DNA of 64,000 nucleotides from Synergistales bacterium (GTDB lineage Bacteria; Synergistota; Synergistia; Synergistales; JAFGMB01): NCBI GenBank assembly GCA_963666205.1, contig OY762654.1, positions 2,752,001 to 2,816,000 of the forward strand, read 5' to 3'. Shown piece by piece: positions 57,723 to 64,000 of this stretch (position 1 is its first letter; each line of letters starts with the position of its first letter). The notes under the pieces were generated by a model. It saw only the letters and a program-made list of their open reading frames with translations, ran no database searches and was not told where the DNA came from. The position numbers and the translations under genes were made by a program.

Positions 57723-58727
57723 ATGAAGCTGAATTACATTAAAGGTTTTGCTTTGCTACTTGTTCTTTCAATCGTATTACTTGGTACCACGTCTTCAGTT
57801 GAAGCTCGTGCAAAACACCTGAAATATGATGTTCCAGTTCCTGCAACTTCAACTTATTATGACGGTGCTATGAAGTTTGCAGAAATTATCAAAGAAGAAA
57901 CTGAAGGAAGATATGTAGTAGATGTCTTTCCTAACGAGCAACTTGGAGCTGGAAATATTATTAAGGGGATGGAGATGCTTCGAAACGGCACAATTGATTT
58001 TGATGTTGTCAACATCCTTATGTATACCCCATTTAACCCCAAATTTTCAGTTGTATTGATGCCTTGGCTCATCGGAAGTCGAGAAACAGCAGACAAGCAT
58101 CTAAGCGGAACTGGCGGAAAGATGTTGTTCGATTTAGTTGAACATGTTGGAATGCATCCAATGGCTTTTGGAGAAACTGGTTTTAGGCAGATAACAAACA
58201 ATGTAAGACCAGTAAAAACCCCTCAGGATTTGGATCGATTAAAGATTCGTTGTCCCACTATGAAAATGTTTGTTGACTTTTTTAAAGTCATGGGAGCAGA
58301 TCCAACAGTAATTCATTTTGGAGAATTATTTACAGCTCTTCAACAGGGTAGTGTTGATGGTCAGGAAAATCCTTTGGATACTATTAATTCAGCTCGTCTC
58401 CAGGAAGTACAGAAATATCTTACTATTTGGAATGAAGCTTATGATGGATATATCATGTCATGTAGTCAAAAATTATGGACTTCACTCGATGATACAGACA
58501 AAATTATCTTCAGGAATGCAGCAATAGAAGCGATGGATTTTCAAAAACAGCTTGCAAGAAAGAAAGATGCAGAGCTTTTGGAAAAATGGAAGACAAAGCT
58601 TGATGTAACAATTTTGTCCCCTGAAGAGATAATGGTGTTCCGGGAAGCATCAAAACCCTTGTATGAGCAGTATGAAGATATTATTGGATTAGATCTTCTT
58701 CAAGCCTTTGGCTATTCAAAAAATTAA
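57723..58727 (+). CDS. dctP: TRAP substrate-binding protein
   Basis: FPNEQLG, GFRQIT, LKIR and ALQQGSVDGQENP. Confidence 0.9.
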   Translation: MKLNYIKGFALLLVLSIVLLGTTSSVEARAKHLKYDVPVPATSTYYDGAMKFAEIIKEETEGRYVVDVFPNEQLGAGNIIKGMEMLRNGTIDFDVVNILMYTPFNPKFSVVLMPWLIGSRETADKHLSGTGGKMLFDLVEHVGMHPMAFGETGFRQITNNVRPVKTPQDLDRLKIRCPTMKMFVDFFKVMGADPTVIHFGELFTALQQGSVDGQENPLDTINSARLQEVQKYLTIWNEAYDGYIMSCSQKLWTSLDDTDKIIFRNAAIEAMDFQKQLARKKDAELLEKWKTKLDVTILSPEEIMVFREASKPLYEQYEDIIGLDLLQAFGYSKN

Positions 58728-58927
58728 ATCGACAGTTAGATTGATTTGATACTGAACGAGAGTTAGTTCTAATCCTTGTTTGAATATTTTTAAATGTTGG
58801 GGTTCTTCGTTACTCCTCAATCTGAGGGAAAGAACCCCAACAATAATATCTAAAAGAAATTTAGATATTTTACAAAATTAATTTCTCTGCCAACTTTTGG
58901 CAGGATAGCTTGTAGGGGGCTATCTCA

Positions 58928-59431
58928 ATGAAGATATTAGACTATTTTGAGGAATTTGCGATTTGTGCGACATTGTCGATAATGGTGATGATAAATTTTG
59001 GGAATGTTATTTCCAGATATTTTATCCATGCTTCTTGGTCCTTTTCCGAAGAGATCATGGTTACTTTATTCATCTACAATACTTTTTTCGGTGTTTCTGA
59101 GGCTTTTAAGAGGGGTGCACACCTTGGCTTTACAGTCTTACTCGACTTATTTCCTCTGCGGACGAGAAAAATATTCATTTTAATTATTCATGTTTTTTCT
59201 GCGATTATGCTTGTCTTGCTAATAAGATATGGAATTCAGATGGTACTTGAGGAAATTCATTATCGCCAGACTACTCCTGCATTAGGATTGCCAGCTTGGA
59301 TTCAATCTCTATCAGTACCATTAGGTTCATTATTGATTCTTGTAAGAATTTATCAGAGTTACAAGATAGAACTTCATGAACAAGAAAAAAACATACCTCA
59401 AAATGTTGCCATTGAAGAGGTGACTTCTTAA
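58928..59431 (+). CDS. dctQ: TRAP small permease
   Basis: SRY...SEE, AHLG and TPALG. Confidence 0.88.
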   Translation: MKILDYFEEFAICATLSIMVMINFGNVISRYFIHASWSFSEEIMVTLFIYNTFFGVSEAFKRGAHLGFTVLLDLFPLRTRKIFILIIHVFSAIMLVLLIRYGIQMVLEEIHYRQTTPALGLPAWIQSLSVPLGSLLILVRIYQSYKIELHEQEKNIPQNVAIEEVTS

Positions 59432-60714
59432 TGTCTGTTATTCTATTTGGATCGTTTGTCCTTTTGTTACTGGTGGGATTTCCAATAGCGATATCATTGG
59501 GGTTATCCTCTATCATTTCTATTGTTATGTGTGGATTCCCACTTTCAGTTTTTGCACAAATCTTTTATTCTTCCATTGGCCGATTTACTCTATTGGCTAT
59601 CCCATTTTTTATTTTAACTGGCATTATTATGGAATACGCGGGTATTTCAAAACGTTTGGTCAATTTAGCTCGGGTTATGGTAGGACATCATGATAGTGGG
59701 CTAGTGTTAGTTACAGTTGGATCTTCATGCTTTTTTGCAGCAATTTCAGGTTCTGGACCTGCTACTGTCGCTGCTCTAGGTACGATTTTAATTCCTGCTA
59801 TGGTCGAAGCAGGATATGATAAAGGTTTTGCGGCTTCGTTGATGGCTAGTTCTGGTAATATTGGGATCATTATTCCGCCAAGTATTGCACTCGTTGTTTT
59901 TGGAGTTCTTGCTGAAGTATCTATTGGACGGTTATTTATGGCAGGAATTATACCAGGGATATTGATGGGCATTTCCTTAGTATTGGTAAGTTTGTTCCTA
60001 CTGAAAAAACAGTCACATCAGATTCTGAAGTTCCGAAAAAGTTCTTGGAGAGAAAGACTCCATGCGATGAAAGATGCTTTTTGGGGGTTAATGACTCCGA
60101 TTATTATTTTAGGAGGAATATATGGAGGTGTTGTAACTCCTACTGAGGCTGCTGGTATAGCGGCTGCTTATGGTTTCTTTGTTGGAGTCTTTGTTTATAA
60201 GGAAATAAAAATACATCATATTCGAAAATTGCTCGTTGATGCGACAGCAGGTTCAGCCGTTGTCATGTTCATAATCGCAAATGCTAGTCTATTTGCTTGG
60301 GTTATTGCTACAAACCATATAGCTACAGATCTGGCAAATCTATTACTTTCCATTTCAACTAATAAATTCATATTATTGTTGATGATGAACCTTATCATTC
60401 TTATTGCAGGATGTTTCATTGATGCAGCGTCTGCCTTCTACATTTTTGTTCCAATTATGCTTCCAATAATTCATGAGCTAGGCGTTGATCCGATTGTTTT
60501 TGGGGTATTCATGACTGTTAATTTGGCTATCGGAATGGCGACTCCTCCAATCGGTTTGGATATCTTTATGGCATCAAATGTTTCTGGTGTTCCTTTAAAA
60601 GAAATATCAGTCAAGGTGCTTCCTTTTGTAGCAGTAAGCGTTTTAGCATTAATGCTGATAACTTTGATTCCTGAGATTTCTCTCTGGCTTCCCAATCTTA
60701 TTGGGATGAAGTAA
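59431..60714 (+). CDS. dctM: TRAP large permease
   Basis: LLAIPFF, ISGSG, IIPPS, TPTEA and TPPIG. Confidence 0.92.
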   Translation: MSVILFGSFVLLLLVGFPIAISLGLSSIISIVMCGFPLSVFAQIFYSSIGRFTLLAIPFFILTGIIMEYAGISKRLVNLARVMVGHHDSGLVLVTVGSSCFFAAISGSGPATVAALGTILIPAMVEAGYDKGFAASLMASSGNIGIIIPPSIALVVFGVLAEVSIGRLFMAGIIPGILMGISLVLVSLFLLKKQSHQILKFRKSSWRERLHAMKDAFWGLMTPIIILGGIYGGVVTPTEAAGIAAAYGFFVGVFVYKEIKIHHIRKLLVDATAGSAVVMFIIANASLFAWVIATNHIATDLANLLLSISTNKFILLLMMNLIILIAGCFIDAASAFYIFVPIMLPIIHELGVDPIVFGVFMTVNLAIGMATPPIGLDIFMASNVSGVPLKEISVKVLPFVAVSVLALMLITLIPEISLWLPNLIGMK

Positions 60715-61302
60715 TTCATTGTATTAGTAAGTTCAATCTGAACACCGTATTCTTTTAAGTTGGAAGATACAAAACAGAAAAGGGGAGATGAAAATCTTCC
60801 CTTTTTTTCTTGTTATTGTTTGAAAGAAACACAAAAACATTAAGTTGCATTTGATTATGTCGTGTGCCAAGGTGTTTCAATGAATGAATACCATCTGCTT
60901 AAAGTCCTCCTAGCTTGTATGTACTGATCGTTGCAAACTTTTCATTTTGCTCACAGCGAAGTCAAAAGAAAGAAGTAGAAGAGAGACAAAAAATCTGATT
61001 TGATTCATGGATGTATTTATTTTATTCCCTTTTAGCGACTCTTTAAAAGATTAAAGATTGACGTGTAGGAGATAGATAAAGGTCATAAGAACTTATAGAA
61101 AGCTGATCATCTTCATTAGCTTGTACAAGGCAAGGTTGGGAAGAATATCAAGCTAAAAGGTAGTGTCATAAATGTGACCAACGGTCTGTTTGACAGCCTT
61201 AAAATCATGAAATATACTGAATTGAGACCGTCGTTCCTGGAAACAGGAGCAGGGAGAAAGTCCAGTGATTGCAAGGCTTAAGCGAAATGGGCGCCTACTT
61301 CA

Positions 61303-61345
61303 GTCTACGGAACCGCTGGTCACGAGTTCAGATCTTATTCCGCGC
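61303..61345 (+). other. attR: degenerate 3' half of tRNA-Arg(ACG)
   Basis: gtctacggaaccgctggtcacgagttcagatcttattccgcgc; 37/43 identical to the tRNA 3' half. Confidence 0.85.
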
Positions 61346-61365
61346 TAAATCTTTGAAGATCATTA

Positions 61366-61393
61366 AAGGCTCCCCAGATCGGGAGCCTTTTTT
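61366..61393 (+). terminator. Terminator, probably the native tRNA terminator
   Basis: aaggctccc...gggagcctttttt. Confidence 0.7.
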
Positions 61394-61403
61394 AAAATCC
61401 CAC

Positions 61404-61431
61404 AAAAAAAGAGGCCCGAGAGTCGGGCCTC
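61404..61431 (-). terminator. Terminator of the glutaredoxin gene
   Basis: gaggcccga...tcgggcctc with an upstream A-run. Confidence 0.7.
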
Positions 61432-61459
61432 AAAATGAGATTGGGAAAAACTGTCTGTA

Positions 61460-61696
61460 CTATTGATGTGAAGCCAGAAGTTCGTCTATCTTTTTAGTGT
61501 CATAGCCTATAACGTACTCTTCACCGATCTGTGTTACAGGAACACCCATCTGTTTTGTGTTTTTCACCATTTCCATTGCTGCCTCTCTGTTAGCGCTTAC
61601 ATCAACATGTTCAAACTCTATTCCTTTTTTCTCTAGATAGTCCTTTACTTTTGTGCACCAGGGACAGGTTGGTGTTGAAAATACTTTAATGGTCAT
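61460..61696 (-). CDS. Glutaredoxin/NrdH-like redoxin
   Basis: CPWC and GVPV; AGGAGG RBS. Confidence 0.9.
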   Translation of the reverse strand: MTIKVFSTPTCPWCTKVKDYLEKKGIEFEHVDVSANREAAMEMVKNTKQMGVPVTQIGEEYVIGYDTKKIDELLASHQ

Positions 61697-62258
61697 CAGA
61701 ATTCCTCCTTCTGTAAATACCCTATATGGGTACAATACACTCTGTGAAGAGTGCTGTCAAGAATCTATTTGATTTTTTATGAACTAATCTGATGTAATTA
61801 TCTGTCATTGTATAAGGGACTTTTAACTTATCATTTAAGTCCGATGGAGTGAGGGTCCTTATAATGCTGATCTCAGCAGATTATTTTAGATCTGAGAAAA
61901 TCAAGGTTCTTTTGCCCGCATTCACAGAGATAAATCTGTCGGAACTTCCTGTTCTTCTAACTTATATTCCATTTTTCCCTTTAACAAAGTTAAAAAATCT
62001 GGTATCGTTATTGAGTCTTGAAGTTAATTGTTTCTAGCTTCAGAAAGGTAATACGCTGAGTGGTTCCTGATTCAGAATCAAAGGATAAGCTTATTGGACT
62101 TATATGTTCACAATGAGGTGCTGAGGTATAAATCACAATTCTACTTTGAGTCCTGGTAGAACCGGGAGGTGGTAGTTTTCATACCTAACCTGATGGCCTG
62201 TGTTTCTGGAAGTCTACTAAAGGAGTTACATATTTATAAAGAAGAGGAGGAATAGATA

Positions 62259-63287
62259 GTGAGAAAGTGTAAATTATTGATAACACTTGTAACAGTGTGT
62301 TTGTTTGTGGTTCTCGCAGGTTCTGCATTTGGGGCGGATATGCCGAAATATGAGCTGAAATTCTCTACGGCCGCGACCCCCATGGAGCCCCAGACCAAGG
62401 GTTTCATGAAATTTGCAGAAGTTATCGAAGAGCTTACCGGAGGTAATATCAAGGTTACCATATATCATTCTGGACAGCTGGCAGACCAGAAAACCCAGGT
62501 TCTAGGAACCATGCGCGGCGATATTGACATGTGTGACGGATCTCCCTCATGGTATGCCGATCTCGTTCCCTATCCCGAAATTGGAGTTCTTGAAGCTGCT
62601 TATGTTTTCAAAAACCTGGACCATCTTTATGCCGTCGTAAACGGACCTATCGGCAAAGCATACTGGGACGAGCTCAGGAAAAGGTCAGGAATGGTGGTTC
62701 TTGACACCTGGTTCCTGGGAACAAGGCAACTGAATCTAACCAAGAAAGCAGGCGTTGTAAAAAAACCGGAAGATCTCAAGGGTGTGAAATTGAGGATGCC
62801 CGGTTCTGAAGCATGGATGGATGTAGGTCGCGGTCTTGGTGCCCAGCCGACTCCCCTTGGATTCAACGAAGTGTATATGGCTCTGAAGACGGGAACTATT
62901 GATGGACAGGATAACCCCCTTCCCACTGACTTTTCAAGCAAGTTCTATGAAGTTACCCACTATATCGTATTGACCGATCACCAGATGACCATTATCAATC
63001 CCACCATCAATGAAAAGCTGTGGAACAATATGCCTGAGGATTACAAGGTCTACATGAAGAAAGCCCTTCTCATTGGAAGAAATCTCTGCAATCAGCTTGT
63101 TCTTGAGCAGGAAGCCAAACTGCTTGCCCAATTCCAGAACGAGTTTGGTATGGAGATAATCATTCCTGACAAGGTTGCTTTCATGGAAAATACCAAGAAA
63201 GTTTACGTGAAAAACGAGAAGATCTGGGGAGAAGGAGTATACGAAAAGATTCAGAACGAAAGTGCAAATGTTTACGAAGCTCAATAA
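62259..63287 (+). CDS. dctP: TRAP substrate-binding protein
   Basis: HSGQL, GVKLRMP and ALKTGTIDGQDNP. Confidence 0.9.
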   Translation: MRKCKLLITLVTVCLFVVLAGSAFGADMPKYELKFSTAATPMEPQTKGFMKFAEVIEELTGGNIKVTIYHSGQLADQKTQVLGTMRGDIDMCDGSPSWYADLVPYPEIGVLEAAYVFKNLDHLYAVVNGPIGKAYWDELRKRSGMVVLDTWFLGTRQLNLTKKAGVVKKPEDLKGVKLRMPGSEAWMDVGRGLGAQPTPLGFNEVYMALKTGTIDGQDNPLPTDFSSKFYEVTHYIVLTDHQMTIINPTINEKLWNNMPEDYKVYMKKALLIGRNLCNQLVLEQEAKLLAQFQNEFGMEIIIPDKVAFMENTKKVYVKNEKIWGEGVYEKIQNESANVYEAQ

Positions 63288-63423
63288 TATTTCCTGATCT
63301 GGTACAATACCGCTTATTAGTCAAAGGGCAGAAGAATATCTTTTGCCCTTTGACTTCTTTATAATGATTGGGTATTTTCCTTATAATAGATTCAGAAGTT
63401 GATTTACTATCTATCCCAAAGGT

Positions 63424-63957
63424 GTGATATTAGTGGCTGGATATCTGAAAAGGATATATCAGGTAGTTGTTGTTTTTCTGGAGGAATATCTTTCCATGCT
63501 GGCACTGGTTACATGTGCCGCTGCTATAGTGATCCAGGTTTTCTACCGCTATGCCCTCAATATCTCCCTTGACTGGCCCTTTGAACTTTCGATACATGCC
63601 TATATATGGACCCTTTACCTTGGGGCCGCATGGGGGGTCAGAGAAGGCTACCATGTAAGGTTTAACATCATTTATGATAAATTGCCTTACAAAATGCAGA
63701 AGATCGTAAATATTGTTTTTAATACAATTACAACTGTCGTTTTTATCCTTATATTCCTGCCTAACTGGGATTATCTTCTCTTCAACTACAGGATAAAATC
63801 CGTGGCCCTTAAAATACCCTGGACCTATGTGTTCATGGTTTTTCCCATTTTTCTTATCCTGACAATAATTCATAATATCAGTTTTATAGTTGATGATTTC
63901 AAAGCCCTTTACCATTCAGGAGATGTAAAAAGAACTGGAGATAACCGGTCATGCTGA
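63424..63957 (+). CDS. dctQ: TRAP small permease
   Basis: QVFYRY, WPFEL and HVRF. Confidence 0.85.
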   Translation: MILVAGYLKRIYQVVVVFLEEYLSMLALVTCAAAIVIQVFYRYALNISLDWPFELSIHAYIWTLYLGAAWGVREGYHVRFNIIYDKLPYKMQKIVNIVFNTITTVVFILIFLPNWDYLLFNYRIKSVALKIPWTYVFMVFPIFLILTIIHNISFIVDDFKALYHSGDVKRTGDNRSC

Positions 63958-64000
63958 TTACAATATGGATCGTCGCTTTTATGGTTATGTTCATTTTTGG
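63951..64000 (+). CDS. Probable start of a TRAP large permease (truncated by the window)
   Basis: ATG overlapping the dctQ stop; hydrophobic MLITIWIVAFMVMFIF. Confidence 0.55.
   Translation, partial: MLITIWIVAFMVMFIF

Larger units (their letters stand above)
46083..61345. mobile_element. Integrative island C (~15.3 kb)
   Basis: tRNA attL plus integrase; degenerate 3' tRNA half at 61303; related end motifs at 46156 and 61224. Confidence 0.8.

Noticed and set aside
61269-61466. 65-aa ORF or a third functional tRNA
   Set aside because: Spans attR and terminators; the tRNA-like part lacks the 5' half and CCA.
1-64000. CRISPR array or cas genes
   Set aside because: No regularly spaced repeat-spacer array seen; repeats are att sites, iterons, terminators or a gene duplication.

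Overview
Low-GC bacterial chromosome segment. Most of it is a tandem array of three integrative islands, each headed by a closely related ~310-aa tyrosine integrase, at a tRNA-Arg(ACG) locus. Island A (<1-~36.2 kb) carries a DUF927 primase-helicase, a second tyrosine recombinase, a four-gene restriction-like defence operon (DUF499 ATPase, DUF3780-like protein, DUF1156 methylase, PLD-SNF2 helicase), uncharacterised secreted and membrane modules, a K+ channel plus secreted nuclease, a Hrq1/YprA-type helicase and YqaJ-RecT. Island B (9.8 kb, satellite/PICI-like) carries AIPR, RloA-RloB, a PrimPol and a TerS-like HTH protein. Island C (~15.3 kb) carries a YwgA/Panacea-like plus SAMHD1-like HD hydrolase pair, a serine resolvase and a GntR-TRAP catabolic cluster with a near-exact gene duplication. 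Both internal junctions hold a complete, identical tRNA-Arg gene. The array ends at a decayed 3' half-tRNA (61303-61345), followed by host genes (glutaredoxin, TRAP transporter). The best candidates for undescribed systems are the Panacea-like/HD pair, a signal-peptide-bearing pore-former/nuclease pair flanked by a duplicated terminator, and a coupled three-gene membrane operon. Family assignments come from motif recognition by eye; no database search was run.
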